A DNA stretch of 63,414 bases, counting the filler, from Octopus bimaculoides (taxonomy: Eukaryota), in the NCBI RefSeq assembly GCF_001194135.2. It is 4 parts of 4 records of this genome, joined end to end, with 100 filler letters (N's around TTAATTAATTAA, not from the genome) between each part and the next. Parts side by side here need not be neighbours in the genome. Positions count along the whole stretch, not along the records: positions 47,640 to 63,414 come from NC_069000.1; 3 more parts are not named here. The stretch is one strand, 5' to 3'. This document shows positions 63,109 to 63,414 of the stretch, piece after piece (position 1 is the first letter of the stretch; every line of letters starts with the position of its first letter). The translations under genes and the position numbers were made by a program. The notes below the pieces were generated by a model that had not been told where the DNA came from, ran no database searches, and saw only the letters and a program-made list of their open reading frames with translations.

Positions 63109-63357
63109 TGGGTAATAAGATAATAAGATATTCAATAATATATGATAATAGGTATGTATAATGGGAACCCAGGTCGAATTAGTATTTCTGAACTCCAGCG
63201 TTAAGTGCAGAGATGATGAATGAAGACTGGCTATAGGCAGTGTATCGATCGAGCTGGTATAGATATAAGCGAACAAAAGCATAAACAGGCAGGCATCCGG
63301 TATGAAATCAATTTATAACATATATACTATTATATAACATATGGAAAAGGAAATACA

Positions 63358-63414
<57 letters not shown>

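Noticed and set aside
63160-63260. Possible second degenerate Penelope-type tail (gaacccaggtcgaatt..tgaagactgg)
   Set aside because: Only short matches, and the hammerhead boxes cannot be recovered.

Overview
Eukaryotic, AT-rich, microsatellite-saturated draft-assembly sequence. By composition and repeat content it is most likely a coleoid cephalopod (Octopus-like); this is inference and no search was run. I found no intact host protein-coding gene, rRNA, true tRNA or CRISPR array. Nearly all long entries in the ORF track are artefacts of N-runs or di/tri-nucleotide repeats. The window is four pieces joined by identical 100-bp N44-TTAATTAATTAA-N44 linkers (16544-16643, 30879-30978, 47540-47639), so adjacency across those points is unreliable. 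The real coding-like signal comes from retroelements: a CR1/L2-group LINE fragment with a CCCH-finger ORF1 remnant, several RTE LINE fragments, a Penelope GIY-YIG 3' end, a near full-length Tx1/L1-clade LINE and five Dong/R4 restriction-like-endonuclease LINE fragments. From about 16.6 to 26.6 kb these elements pile up at (AAT)n tracts. Two dominant tRNA-derived SINE families occur (called A and B here), plus non-autonomous Helitron-like ends. Most interesting: (i) a tRNA-headed element ending in a Penelope-type minimal hammerhead ribozyme; (ii) a SINE-B variant whose 3' tail matches the 3' end of the Tx1 LINE in the same window; (iii) a SINE-A tail joined to the same Helitron 3' end at two separate loci; (iv) a ~440-bp spacer-less imperfect palindrome at 60.9-61.3 kb flanked by diverged direct repeats. 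Element boundaries were read by eye and are approximate unless stated to the base.
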